Shown: in pieces, positions 8,441 to 18,745 of the stretch
How the letters are laid out: every line of letters starts with the position of its first letter
Position numbering within the stretch: position 1 is the stretch's first letter
Origin: Bacilli bacterium
GTDB taxonomy: Bacteria > Bacillota_I > Bacilli_A > RF39 > UBA660
NCBI GenBank assembly: GCA_017406955.1
Contig: JAFQXM010000007.1
Span: 236,009-300,008, forward strand
DNA length: 64,000 nucleotides
Direction of reading: 5' to 3'
Translations under genes and position numbers: made by a program
The notes under the pieces: model-generated
Database searches by the model: none
What the model saw: the letters and a program-made list of their open reading frames with translations, nothing else
Told to the model about the DNA's origin: nothing

Positions 8441-10606
8441 TTGATAATTGGAGTTTTAGTAGAATTATCAAATAAAAATATTGATAAAATATTTGATTAT
8501 AAAGTACCAGATAAATTATTATCAAAAATAAAACTAGGTATCAGAGTAGAAGTTCCTTTTGGGAAACAAATCTTAGAAGGTTTTGTTTTAGAAATAAAAA
8601 AAGAAAATAAAGAAAATGTTAAACTTAGAGAAATAATTAAAATAATTGATGAAGAAGAAATATTAAATAAAGAATTATTATTACTAGGAAAAGAAATTAA
8701 AAATAAAACTTTATCTACTTTGATTAGTTGCTATCAAGTAATGCTACCTAAAGCATTAAAAGCAAAACAAGGAAGAACTATCAATAAAAAATATGAGATG
8801 TATTATACTTTGAATAGTGATTATAATTATAAATTAAATATAAAACAAAAACAAATTATAAAACTATTTGATAAACGAGAATTAATAAATAAAAAAGAAA
8901 TAGAAAATATATCAAAAAGCAGTTTAAACACATTAGTTAAACATAATGTTTTAATACCAAAAAAAATAGAGAAATATAGAACAAATTATAATGGGAAGAT
9001 CATCAAAAAGAAGGAATTAACAAGTGATCAAAATAAAGTAGTAAATGAATTTAATAACTATAGTGGATTTAATACTTTCTTATTACACGGAGTAACAGGC
9101 AGTGGAAAAACAGAAGTATATATGGAATTAATCGAGAAAAAACTAAAAGAAGGAAAAACCAGTATAGTATTAGTTCCAGAAATAAGTTTAACACCACAAA
9201 TGGTAGAAAGATTTCAAAATAGATTTGGAAACAAAATAGCGGCCCTACACTCTGCTTTATCAGATGGAGAAAAATATGATGAATGGAGGAGAATAGTAAA
9301 AAAAGAAGCTACAATAGTAATAGGTGCTAGAAGTGCTATTTTTGCACCCCTAAATGATATAGGAATAATTATTATAGATGAAGAACATAGTGATTCATAC
9401 AAACAGTCTGATTCAAATCCCAAATATAATGCCAAAGATATTGCTTTATTAAGAGCTAAGTTTCATGATTGTCCAGTAATGTTAGGTAGCGCAACACCAA
9501 CACTAGAATCTTTTGCTAGGGCTAAAAAGGGAGTATATAAATTACTCAGTCTTCCAAATAGAATTAATAAGAACATGCCTTTAATCAGAATTATTGATAT
9601 GAGCGAAGAAATAAAAGAAAGCACAGGGCACTTTTCTCGTAGTCTAATAACTTCTATGGAGGCAAAGTTAAAGAAAAAAGAACAAATAATCCTACTATTA
9701 AATAGAAGAGGATATTCATCTTTTGTTAGTTGTAAAAATTGTGGATATACTTTTAAATGTCCTAATTGCGATATTAGTCTAACTTATCATAAAACTAGTA
9801 ATACATTAAGATGTCACTATTGTGGTTATGGAGATAAAGTACATAACAAATGTCCAGAATGTAGTGAAGAGTCTATAGTTGATTTAGGAGTAGGAACAGA
9901 AAAAGTAGAAGAAGAATTAAATAGTATTTTTCCTGATAAAAAAATACTTAGAATGGATATTGATACTACCAGTAGAAAAGGAATGCATAAAAAAATGATT
10001 GAAGCATTTAGAAATCATGAGTATGATATCTTACTCGGAACACAAATAGTAGCTAAAGGGTTAGATTTTGATAATGTAACGTTAGTAGGAGTAATAAATG
10101 CAGATACCTCACTAAATATACCTGATTTTAGAAGTAGTGAAAATACATTCTCCCTTTTATCACAAGTCGCAGGTAGAAGTGGTAGAAGCAAGAAAAAAGG
10201 AGAAGTTATTATTCAAACTTATAATCCTAATCATTACGCCATAGAATATACTAAGAAACATGATTATATTGGATTCTACAATAAGGAAATGAGTATTAGG
10301 AAAATTCTTAAATACCCACCATATTTTTACATTTGTTATATAAAAATTAGTAGTAAAGATAATAATTATGCTTATACAGAGGCACTAAAAATTAAAAAGT
10401 CACTAGATAGAAATTTGCATAATACAATAATACTAGGTCCATCTACATCAAATATATTTAAACTTAATAAAATATATAATTATGGAATTATAATAAAATA
10501 TAAAAAGGATAATAATTTATATGAGATATTAAATAAAATACTAAACTATTATCAAACTAATAATAAGATATCTATCAGTATAGATTTTAATCCTAGTCAT
10601 TTTTAA
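8441..10606 (+). CDS. priA: primosomal protein N' (replication restart helicase PriA)
   Basis: TTG start after AGGAGG; Walker A GVTGSGKTEVY, DEEH box, Cys-rich zinc-binding insert (CKNCGY..CPNCD..CHYCG..CPEC). Confidence 0.9.
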   Translation: MIIGVLVELSNKNIDKIFDYKVPDKLLSKIKLGIRVEVPFGKQILEGFVLEIKKENKENVKLREIIKIIDEEEILNKELLLLGKEIKNKTLSTLISCYQVMLPKALKAKQGRTINKKYEMYYTLNSDYNYKLNIKQKQIIKLFDKRELINKKEIENISKSSLNTLVKHNVLIPKKIEKYRTNYNGKIIKKKELTSDQNKVVNEFNNYSGFNTFLLHGVTGSGKTEVYMELIEKKLKEGKTSIVLVPEISLTPQMVERFQNRFGNKIAALHSALSDGEKYDEWRRIVKKEATIVIGARSAIFAPLNDIGIIIIDEEHSDSYKQSDSNPKYNAKDIALLRAKFHDCPVMLGSATPTLESFARAKKGVYKLLSLPNRINKNMPLIRIIDMSEEIKESTGHFSRSLITSMEAKLKKKEQIILLLNRRGYSSFVSCKNCGYTFKCPNCDISLTYHKTSNTLRCHYCGYGDKVHNKCPECSEESIVDLGVGTEKVEEELNSIFPDKKILRMDIDTTSRKGMHKKMIEAFRNHEYDILLGTQIVAKGLDFDNVTLVGVINADTSLNIPDFRSSENTFSLLSQVAGRSGRSKKKGEVIIQTYNPNHYAIEYTKKHDYIGFYNKEMSIRKILKYPPYFYICYIKISSKDNNYAYTEALKIKKSLDRNLHNTIILGPSTSNIFKLNKIYNYGIIIKYKKDNNLYEILNKILNYYQTNNKISISIDFNPSHF

Positions 10607-10648
10607 CAAAATATGATATTCTAGTATTGAAAAGTAGAGGTGTTATAA

Positions 10649-10861
10649 ATGGATAATGACGATATGAATAACTTAGATGATGATAGAGATGTTAATGAAG
10701 AAAATGAGAAACTATATCAAGATTTAATAGAACATTCCAAAAGAAAATATGATGATTATTGGGATATAAATAATCCAGTAGTTAAAGTAATACTTATAGT
10801 GTTATTAGCTATTGGAATAATTGGTGCTATATATTACTTAATAGTTTGGTTAACTATGTAA
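10649..10861 (+). CDS. small tail-anchored acidic protein (hypothetical)
   Basis: Acidic N-terminus, single C-terminal TM helix; GAGG RBS. Confidence 0.4.
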   Translation: MDNDDMNNLDDDRDVNEENEKLYQDLIEHSKRKYDDYWDINNPVVKVILIVLLAIGIIGAIYYLIVWLTM

Positions 10862-10891
10862 TAAACATAAAAATTTGGGGAGGTGATTTAA

Positions 10892-12031
10892 TTGTTATAC
10901 GATATATTAAGAAGAGAAGATGTATCTAAATTATTAATAGAAGTTGTTAATAACAATAGATATAACCAAAAAGATGAAATTGGATCGATTGATTATCAAA
11001 AATTTAATAATACAGAACAAACACTTTTTATAACCATAGATGCTTTATATAAATATATGGTTATCATTGATGATATTAAACTTTTAGATGACTTTGTATA
11101 TCAATTAAATTTACTAATTAGAAAAATAGATAATTTTCATGACATTAAAACAGGAATTAATAAATTAATTACAAAGTTTTGTGTATTAAAACTTGGTTAT
11201 AAAGATAAAGAAGATAAAAAAAGAAAAGAGATTATTAGTTATATATATGATAAGTATATAACTAATGGATATTTATATCATGCTATTAATGATGTATACA
11301 AAGGTGATATAAAAAATAATGGATTAATCCCACAGGAATATAATAATTTATATAATGAGTTTATTGAAATTAAAAATATATTAGGTAGTGATATTATTAG
11401 TAAAGAATTTTTTTCAAAAACAATCTACTTTACTGATAGTTTCATGATGGCTTATTATTATGCTGTTAATAGCCCTATGTATTTCTATGAGTTGTTATGT
11501 AATAATAGTATAATAAAAGATAAAGATTCATATATAAAAAATGATTATGAAGAATGTAATAAAAATATAAATAAAATTATAAATAAATTAGAATTAAATA
11601 CAAATAATTCTAATAAAGTAAAGAAAGTATTTAATGATGAGTGGAATTTAATCAACAAGTCTAAATCTTGCCCTACTATAATAAGAGTTAAGAGAAATTT
11701 GCTTCTGAAAGATAATAAAGAATTAGATACTACTATTAATAATAAAGAATTAGAATTAAGTGAAGTTGTTGAAAGAGTACTTAGTAGTAGGTATGATGAG
11801 ATAGAGTGTAGTTCTAAAATAGAAAGTAAAGATATAGAGTTTATTGAATTACCTAATTATAATGATTTATTAATAAAAAAAGAAGAAAAAACTGATGCTG
11901 AGTTAGAAAATAATGAAACAACTGAATATAATAATGAACTTGGTAAGGTTTCAATTTTAATATTATTAGGTTCTATTTTTATAGCTATAGGAGTTATTAT
12001 AACAATGATTATGGTTGTTTCTGGAGGTTGA
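10892..12031 (+). CDS. C-terminally membrane-anchored hypothetical protein with PARP/DT-like ART motif order
   Basis: TTG start after GGGGAGG. Motifs YLYHAINDVYKGDIKNNGLIP, TIYFTDSFMMAYYYA, YDEIECSSKIESKDIEFIELP. C-terminal TM helix. Ends with TGA. Confidence 0.5.
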   Translation: MLYDILRREDVSKLLIEVVNNNRYNQKDEIGSIDYQKFNNTEQTLFITIDALYKYMVIIDDIKLLDDFVYQLNLLIRKIDNFHDIKTGINKLITKFCVLKLGYKDKEDKKRKEIISYIYDKYITNGYLYHAINDVYKGDIKNNGLIPQEYNNLYNEFIEIKNILGSDIISKEFFSKTIYFTDSFMMAYYYAVNSPMYFYELLCNNSIIKDKDSYIKNDYEECNKNINKIINKLELNTNNSNKVKKVFNDEWNLINKSKSCPTIIRVKRNLLLKDNKELDTTINNKELELSEVVERVLSSRYDEIECSSKIESKDIEFIELPNYNDLLIKKEEKTDAELENNETTEYNNELGKVSILILLGSIFIAIGVIITMIMVVSGG

Positions 12032-12033
12032 TT

Positions 12034-12972
12034 ATGAATAATACTAAAATTATTTTTATGGGTACACCTCTTTTTAGTGTACCTATTTTAGAAGGTTTGA
12101 TAGAAAATTATAATGTTATAGGTGTAGTTAGTCAACCTGATAAAAAAGTAGGTAGAAAACAAATATTAAAACCAACACCTGTAAAAGAATTAGCTCTAAA
12201 AAATAATATTAAAGTTTATCAACCTAATAATATAAAAAATGATTATAATGATATTTTAAAACTTAAACCAGATATTATAATAACTTGTGCTTATGGACAA
12301 TTAATTCCTAAAGAAATATTAAATTGTCCTAAATATGGATGCATAAATGTGCATGCTTCAATTTTACCTAAACATAGAGGAGGAGCTCCAATACACAGAT
12401 CTATAATAGAAGGGGATACAAAAACTGGAGTTACCATTATGTATATGGATATTAAAATGGATACTGGTGATATAATAAGTAGAGAAGAAACAGAAATAAA
12501 GGATACTGATAATTTAGAAACTTTACATGATAGACTTAGTTTAATAGGAAAGGATTTACTATTAAAAACATTACCAAGTATTATTAATAATACTAACAAA
12601 AGAATAAAACAAGATGATACTAAAGCTACATATTCATATAATATTAAAAGAGAAGAAGAACATATAGATTTTAATAAAACAAGTAGAGAAATCTTCAATT
12701 TAATTAGAGGGTTATCACCTATACCTGGAGCTAATGCTATACTTGATGGAAAAGAGATGAAAATTTATAATTCAATTATAAGTAATAAAAAATACAAAGA
12801 TAAAAAATGTGGAGAAATAGTTAATATTTATAAAAATGGTATAGGTATATGTACAAAAGATGGAGAAATAATTATTACTGATTTAAAACCCTTTGGTAAA
12901 AAAAGAATGCTAGCAAGTAGTTATATTAATGGTATAGATAAAAATAGTATGCTAGGAAAGGAACTTAACTAA
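12034..12972 (+). CDS. fmt: methionyl-tRNA formyltransferase
   Basis: IIFMGTP..., HASILPKHRGGAPI, typical formyltransferase N and C domains; GGAGG RBS before ATG at 12034. Confidence 0.9.
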   Translation: MNNTKIIFMGTPLFSVPILEGLIENYNVIGVVSQPDKKVGRKQILKPTPVKELALKNNIKVYQPNNIKNDYNDILKLKPDIIITCAYGQLIPKEILNCPKYGCINVHASILPKHRGGAPIHRSIIEGDTKTGVTIMYMDIKMDTGDIISREETEIKDTDNLETLHDRLSLIGKDLLLKTLPSIINNTNKRIKQDDTKATYSYNIKREEEHIDFNKTSREIFNLIRGLSPIPGANAILDGKEMKIYNSIISNKKYKDKKCGEIVNIYKNGIGICTKDGEIIITDLKPFGKKRMLASSYINGIDKNSMLGKELN

Positions 12973-13676
12973 TGAAAACAAAAAAAGAAAAGATTAAAGA
13001 AACAATTAAATTTTTAAAAACACCAAAAGGTAAAATGTCATTGTTTTTTGGCTTTTATATAGTATTCTTTGCTGTATTAGCATTACTATTTCAAATTAGT
13101 GAATCAAAAAGTAGTACAGAACAAAAGAAAGAAAAAAGTTTTCCTTTCTATCTAAATAATATAGAAAGAAGAAATTTTCATTTTAAATATTCATATCAAC
13201 TAGATGAAAATAGTCATATATATGAAGGTGATAGAAATAAAGATAAAGAATTATTCTCTTACAATAACAAAGACTTTTATAAAAATGATAATATATATTT
13301 AACTAATAATTCAGGAGTATGGGTAAAAGATGAAGATCCATATATTATGTCAGAATTTGTTGATATTACAAAAATAATAAGTATAGCTAAGAAAGCAAAA
13401 TTTATTTCTAAAACAACATATGAAAGTGGTATGAATGTTTATACATATCATATTAGTACTACAACACTAGTAAAGTTATTAGGAAAAGAAAACATTGATT
13501 TAGATGATCCAGTAAATGAAATTATATTCAAAACGGATGAAAAAAATGAAGTTAATAATATAAAATATGATTTAACAAGTTATTCTAAGTATAAAAATAT
13601 TTCTAAGAATAATTGTAAGATAGAACTAGAGTATTCTAAATTTGGAAAAATTAAAGAAATAGAAGATCCAGAATAA
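12972..13676 (+). CDS. N-terminally membrane-anchored hypothetical protein
   Basis: ATG overlaps the fmt stop (TAATG); one TM helix then a soluble domain; no recognisable motif. Confidence 0.45.
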   Translation: MKTKKEKIKETIKFLKTPKGKMSLFFGFYIVFFAVLALLFQISESKSSTEQKKEKSFPFYLNNIERRNFHFKYSYQLDENSHIYEGDRNKDKELFSYNNKDFYKNDNIYLTNNSGVWVKDEDPYIMSEFVDITKIISIAKKAKFISKTTYESGMNVYTYHISTTTLVKLLGKENIDLDDPVNEIIFKTDEKNEVNNIKYDLTSYSKYKNISKNNCKIELEYSKFGKIKEIEDPE

Positions 13677-13699
13677 GAAGATAACTTCTTTTTCTTTTT
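13675..13699 (+). terminator. rho-independent terminator
   Basis: AAGAAG-ataa-CTTCTT then TTTCTTTTT. Confidence 0.5.
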
Positions 13700-13734
13700 G
13701 TATTAATATTGTATAATGTATTTGGAGTGGTAAT

Positions 13735-14754
13735 ATGAATATTTATGGATTAACTTACGAAGATTTAGAAAACTTATTTTTAAGTTTTGATTCTAAAAAA
13801 TTTCATGGGAATCAATTATTTTCATGGTTATATGAAAAAAGAATAAAAGACTATAATGAAATAACTAATATAAAAAAAGAATTAATTAAACAAATAGAAT
13901 CTAAATATAGTATTAATAGATTAAAAATAGTTAATGTTGAAAAAGATAAAGATGTATGCAAATACTTATTTGAACTTAGTGATAAAGAACACATAGAAGC
14001 AGTTTTAATGCGACATGATTATGGGAATAGTATTTGTGTATCTAGCCAAGTTGGTTGTAATATGGGCTGTAAATTTTGTGAATCGGGTCGTAGAAAGAAG
14101 GTTCGTAATTTAGAAGTTCATGAAATGGTATTACAAATATTACAAATTGAAGAAGAACTAGGTGAAAGAATAAGCCATGTAGTAGTTATGGGTATTGGAG
14201 AACCGTTTGATAATTATGATAACCTAGTTAAATTTATTAAAATAATTAATCATCCAAAAGGACTTGCGATAGGTGCTCGTCATATAACAGTATCTACATG
14301 TGGACTAGTTCCTAAAATAAAAGAATTTTCTAATTTAGATATGCAAGTTAATCTAGCTATTAGTCTTCATGCTCCTAATAATGAAATCAGGAATAAAATT
14401 ATGCCAATTAATAAAGTATATCCATTAGAAATACTTATTGAAACACTAAAAGATTATATAAAAAAGACTAATCGAAGAATTACTTTTGAATATATTTTAC
14501 TAAAAGGAATTAATGATAGTAATCATAATGCAGAAGAATTAGCTAACTTAGTTAAAGGTATGAATTGTTATATAAATTTAATTCCTTATAATGAAACAAA
14601 TAATATAGAATTTAAAAGAAGTAATACCTTACAAATTATGCGATTTTATGATATACTAAAGAAGAATAGGATAAATGCTACTATAAGAAAAGAATTTGGT
14701 AGTAAAATAAGTGCTGCCTGTGGACAACTTAGAAGTAAGAAGGAGGATTTATGA
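13735..14754 (+). CDS. rlmN: 23S rRNA/tRNA A2503 C2-methyltransferase RlmN
   Basis: Radical SAM CNMGCKFCESG, GIGEP, C-terminal ACGQL. Confidence 0.9.
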   Translation: MNIYGLTYEDLENLFLSFDSKKFHGNQLFSWLYEKRIKDYNEITNIKKELIKQIESKYSINRLKIVNVEKDKDVCKYLFELSDKEHIEAVLMRHDYGNSICVSSQVGCNMGCKFCESGRRKKVRNLEVHEMVLQILQIEEELGERISHVVVMGIGEPFDNYDNLVKFIKIINHPKGLAIGARHITVSTCGLVPKIKEFSNLDMQVNLAISLHAPNNEIRNKIMPINKVYPLEILIETLKDYIKKTNRRITFEYILLKGINDSNHNAEELANLVKGMNCYINLIPYNETNNIEFKRSNTLQIMRFYDILKKNRINATIRKEFGSKISAACGQLRSKKEDL

Positions 14755-15494
14755 AATCTTTTTATTTAACTGACGCTGGTAAAGTTAGAGATCATAATGA
14801 AGATAGTGTCATAATATTAAAAAATAGTAATAATGATTATTTGATGGCTATAGCCGATGGTATGGGAGGACACTCTGCAGGAGAAGTTGCTTCATCTATT
14901 GCTATTAGTTATTTAGGTAATCATTTTAAAGAAACATTTCTAAATATGAGTAAAGTTGATGCAGTTAACTGGATAAGAGATGCAGTTAATGAAATCAATA
15001 CTTTAATTTTTCAACATGAGAAAACTCATCCAGAAAGTAAAGGTATGGGGACAACACTTGTTATGGCAATCTTGACTCCAGAATATTTATTATTTGGTAA
15101 TGTAGGAGATTCAAGCGGCTTTGTTATGAAAGATGAAAAACTTCATAAAGTTACATATGACCATACTTTAGTTAATTTATTAGTTAGTGCCGGAGAACTT
15201 ACAAAAGAAGAGGCTAGTACACATCCAAGAAAAAATGTTTTAATGAAAGCCTTAGGGGCATCAACGGAAGTAGATGTTGATGTGTTTGATTGTGATATGG
15301 ATATTACAGAAATTCTTTTATCAAGTGATGGACTTACTAATATGATTGATAAAGATCAAATAGAAAAAGTTCTTTTAGGTAAAGGAGATATAGAAGATAA
15401 AGTTATTAAGCTTATTGGGAAAGCTAATAATAGGGGTGGAACAGATAATATTTCGGTTGCTTATTTAATTCGTGAAGAAGGTGACAGAAAATGA
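14751..15494 (+). CDS. prpC: PP2C-family Ser/Thr protein phosphatase
   Basis: ADGMGGH, SDGL, GGTDNIS motifs; overlaps neighbouring genes by 4 nt. Confidence 0.9.
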   Translation: MKSFYLTDAGKVRDHNEDSVIILKNSNNDYLMAIADGMGGHSAGEVASSIAISYLGNHFKETFLNMSKVDAVNWIRDAVNEINTLIFQHEKTHPESKGMGTTLVMAILTPEYLLFGNVGDSSGFVMKDEKLHKVTYDHTLVNLLVSAGELTKEEASTHPRKNVLMKALGASTEVDVDVFDCDMDITEILLSSDGLTNMIDKDQIEKVLLGKGDIEDKVIKLIGKANNRGGTDNISVAYLIREEGDRK

Positions 15495-17248
15495 TAACAA
15501 AGGGGCAAAAGATTAATGATCGCTATGAAATTATAAAATCTATTGGTGAAGGTGGTATGGCTAATGTTTATCTTGGGTATGATACTATCTTAGATCGCAA
15601 TGTAGCTATAAAAATATTAAGAGGTGATCTATCTAATGATGAGAAATTTGTTAGACGTTTTCAACGTGAAGCTTTATCTGCATCTTCTCTAGCTCATCCC
15701 AATATTGTAGAAATGTATGATGTAGGAGAGGACGATAATGTTTATTATATAGTTATGGAGTTTGTTGAGGGAAAGACTTTAAAACAACTATTAAAAAGAC
15801 GTGGAAGCCTAACTTTATCAGAAGCAATTGATATTATGCTACAGCTTACTGATGGAATGGCTCATGCTCATGATTCATATATAATACATAGAGATTTAAA
15901 ACCACAAAATATAATGATTAAAGATGATGGACAAATAAAGATAACTGATTTTGGTATTGCAATGGCATTAAATGCTACACAACTTACTCAAACTAATTCA
16001 GTAATGGGTAGTGTTCATTATTTACCTCCAGAACAAGCTAGTGGTAAAGGATCAACTATTAAAAGCGATATATATTCAATGGGAATTATATTCTACGAAT
16101 TATTAACTGGAAACCTTCCTTTCAAAGGAGATAATGCCGTAGAAATAGCCTTAAAACATATGAGAGATCCACTTCCTAGTGTGAAAGAGATGAATTCTTC
16201 AATACCACAAAGTATAGAGAATGTTATATTAAAATCGACTGCTAAAAACCCTAAAAATAGATATGATGATGCTAGAAGTATGTATAATGATTTACTTACA
16301 GCTTTAGATGATGATCGTATTAATGAAGCACCATATAAATATAAATATCCAGAACATGATAATGATAATACTAAAAACTTAAAAAAACTTGAAGATCTAG
16401 AAGAAAAACAAGATGCAGATAGTGAAGAAGTAGCCAAAAAGATAGAAGATAAAGATGAAAAGAAAAAGAAAAAGACAATTATAATATTATCTATAATATT
16501 TGGAGTGTTATTCTTGGCATTAATTACTATATTCTTTATAGTACCAGCTTTATCTAATAAGAAAGCAGTTACAGTACCTAATTGTAAGAATTTAACAGTA
16601 AGTGCTTGTGAGAGAAAACTTCAAAAGTTAGATTTTGAAGTTAATACTAATATTAAAAAAGTATATTCATCTAAAATAAAAAAAGGAAGAGTTGTTAAGA
16701 CTAATCCAGGTAGAGGAAGAAGTGTTAAAAAAGGTACAAAGATTACTATTTATAAATCTAAGGGAAAAGAAACTTTTGAAATAGGAAATTATGTAGGTAA
16801 AAATTATATTGAAGTTCAAACTATTTTGGAAACAAAATATGGACTTATTGTAAACATAGAGAAGAAAGAACCTACAGATAATAAAAAAGACTATGGGGAA
16901 CAAGAAATAATTGGTCAAAGTTTAGCTAAAGGTTCTAAAGTTAAAAAAGGTGATTCAATTACTTTATATATAGCTAATATAGTAGATACATTCCCAGATA
17001 TGAATGCTAAAGGATGGAGTATTGATGATGCAGAAGCTTTCTGCAATAAATATGGATTAACTTTGAATACTTCTTATCAAGAAACAACTGCTTATGATCC
17101 AGGTAAAATTATAAGTCAATCAAGAGCGGCTGGAAGTCCAATAGTTAAGGGTTCAACATTATCTGTTGTAGTAGCTAAAAAACCTACTGAAAAACCATCA
17201 ACTTCACCAAGTTCGTCTCCAGATAGTAAAGAAAAAACAGATGAATAA
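15491..17248 (+). CDS. prkC: Ser/Thr protein kinase with extracellular PASTA repeats
   Basis: Hanks kinase motifs (GEGGMANVY, HRDLKPQNIM, DFGIA), one TM helix, three PASTA-like repeats. Confidence 0.9.
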   Translation: MITKGQKINDRYEIIKSIGEGGMANVYLGYDTILDRNVAIKILRGDLSNDEKFVRRFQREALSASSLAHPNIVEMYDVGEDDNVYYIVMEFVEGKTLKQLLKRRGSLTLSEAIDIMLQLTDGMAHAHDSYIIHRDLKPQNIMIKDDGQIKITDFGIAMALNATQLTQTNSVMGSVHYLPPEQASGKGSTIKSDIYSMGIIFYELLTGNLPFKGDNAVEIALKHMRDPLPSVKEMNSSIPQSIENVILKSTAKNPKNRYDDARSMYNDLLTALDDDRINEAPYKYKYPEHDNDNTKNLKKLEDLEEKQDADSEEVAKKIEDKDEKKKKKTIIILSIIFGVLFLALITIFFIVPALSNKKAVTVPNCKNLTVSACERKLQKLDFEVNTNIKKVYSSKIKKGRVVKTNPGRGRSVKKGTKITIYKSKGKETFEIGNYVGKNYIEVQTILETKYGLIVNIEKKEPTDNKKDYGEQEIIGQSLAKGSKVKKGDSITLYIANIVDTFPDMNAKGWSIDDAEAFCNKYGLTLNTSYQETTAYDPGKIISQSRAAGSPIVKGSTLSVVVAKKPTEKPSTSPSSSPDSKEKTDE

Positions 17249-17266
17249 AAGTATATAGGGGGAGTT

Positions 17267-18100
17267 ATGCAAGGTCAAATAATAAAAATAATTAGTGATT
17301 TACATTTTGTTAGTTATAAAGATAGTGTTTATCCTTGTAAGTGTAGAGGGATATTTAGAAAAAACAAAATAATACCTCTAGTAGGAGATTATGTAATATT
17401 TGATAAAGATAAAAAGATAATAGAAAAAGTACTTACTAGAAAAAATGAATTTAATAGACCAAAAGTTAGTAATATCGATCAAGCATTTATAATTACTAGT
17501 TTGGTACATCCAGATTTTTCGTTAAACTTATTAGATAAATTGATAGTACTTATGGAAATTAACAAAGTAGAACCAATAATATGTATTACTAAAGAAGATT
17601 TAATGAGTAAAGATAAATTAGAAAGTATTTATAAACAATTAGATTATTATAAAAAAATTGGTTATAAAGTTGTTTCTAACACTAATTTAAATAAAATAAA
17701 AAAATTAATAAAGAATAAAACAAGTGTATTTACAGGACAAACTGGAGCTGGAAAATCTACATTATTAAACAAATTAAATCCTAACTGGAATTTAGAAACA
17801 GGAGAAGTATCACTTGCCTTAGGTAGAGGAAGACATACAACTAGAGTAGTTGAGATGTTTAACTTATTTGGTGGAAAAGTTATGGATACCCCTGGCTTTT
17901 CAGCTTTAGAATATAAAAATGTTGATAAAGAAAATATAAGAGACGCTTTTATAGAATTTAAAAATTATCCTTGCCAATTTAAAGACTGTATGCATATAAA
18001 TGAAAAAGAATGTGAAGTAAAACAAGCAGTTATAGATAATAATATATTAGAGACAAGATATAATAATTATTTAAATTTTATAAAAAAGGATGTGAGATAA
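17267..18100 (+). CDS. rsgA: ribosome small-subunit-dependent GTPase A
   Basis: Permuted GTPase (TKEDL..., GQTGAGKSTLLNKL) and C-terminal Cys/His zinc knuckle (CKFKDCMHINEKEC). Confidence 0.9.
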   Translation: MQGQIIKIISDLHFVSYKDSVYPCKCRGIFRKNKIIPLVGDYVIFDKDKKIIEKVLTRKNEFNRPKVSNIDQAFIITSLVHPDFSLNLLDKLIVLMEINKVEPIICITKEDLMSKDKLESIYKQLDYYKKIGYKVVSNTNLNKIKKLIKNKTSVFTGQTGAGKSTLLNKLNPNWNLETGEVSLALGRGRHTTRVVEMFNLFGGKVMDTPGFSALEYKNVDKENIRDAFIEFKNYPCQFKDCMHINEKECEVKQAVIDNNILETRYNNYLNFIKKDVR

Positions 18101-18726
18101 TGTTAGTAAGTGCATCATTTTTAAGCAGTAAATATCCACCTGATGATTTAAAGAAATTAAATGAAACAGATGTGGATTATATACATGTTGATATAATGGA
18201 TGGTAAATTTGTTAAAAATAAAACTATGCCATTTAGAGAAATGAAGAATATATATAAGTTTACAGATAAAAGATTAGATGTTCATTTAATGGTGAATAAA
18301 CCAGAAAAATATATTCCTTTATATGCTGAACTTAATACTGAATTTATTACATTTCACTTAGAATCATGTGATGATATAATAGAAAATTTAGAACTTATTA
18401 AAAGTTATGGTATAAAATGTGGATTAGCTATAAAACCTAATACTGAAGTAAAGGAATTAGTACCATATTTATCACTTCTTGATATTATATTAGTAATGAG
18501 TGTAGAACCAGGTATGGGAGGACAAAAATTTATTAAAGAAACAGAAAAGAAAATAGAAGAATTAAGAATACTATTAAAAGAGTATAAATCAGAAGCTTTA
18601 ATAAATATTGATGGAGGAATAAATAATAGAACTAAAAAAGAAACAAAATTATCTGATATAGTTACAGCAGGTAGTTATATAATAAAGTCAAATAATTTTC
18701 AAGAAAAAATAGATAGTCTAAGATAA
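18100..18726 (+). CDS. rpe: ribulose-phosphate 3-epimerase
   Basis: HVDIMDG, VHLMV, MSVEPGMGGQKF, DGGI. Confidence 0.85.
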   Translation: MLVSASFLSSKYPPDDLKKLNETDVDYIHVDIMDGKFVKNKTMPFREMKNIYKFTDKRLDVHLMVNKPEKYIPLYAELNTEFITFHLESCDDIIENLELIKSYGIKCGLAIKPNTEVKELVPYLSLLDIILVMSVEPGMGGQKFIKETEKKIEELRILLKEYKSEALINIDGGINNRTKKETKLSDIVTAGSYIIKSNNFQEKIDSLR

Positions 18727-18745
18727 AAAGAAGGGAGTTGTTATT

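Noticed and set aside
12291-12698. 135-aa minus-strand ORF antisense to fmt. The same applies to the other antisense track ORFs at 5212-5409, 9214-9435, 16093-16437, 16667-16918, 23037-23228, 29744-29956, 32353-32586, 32878-33084, 34201-34422, 35658-35858, 37330-37551, 43827-44054 and 58676-58858.
   Set aside because: Each lies wholly inside a well-supported plus-strand gene, has no RBS, and translates to Ser/Leu/Phe/Ile-rich low-complexity sequence. That is what the reverse complement of Lys/Glu/Asn-rich AT-biased coding DNA produces.
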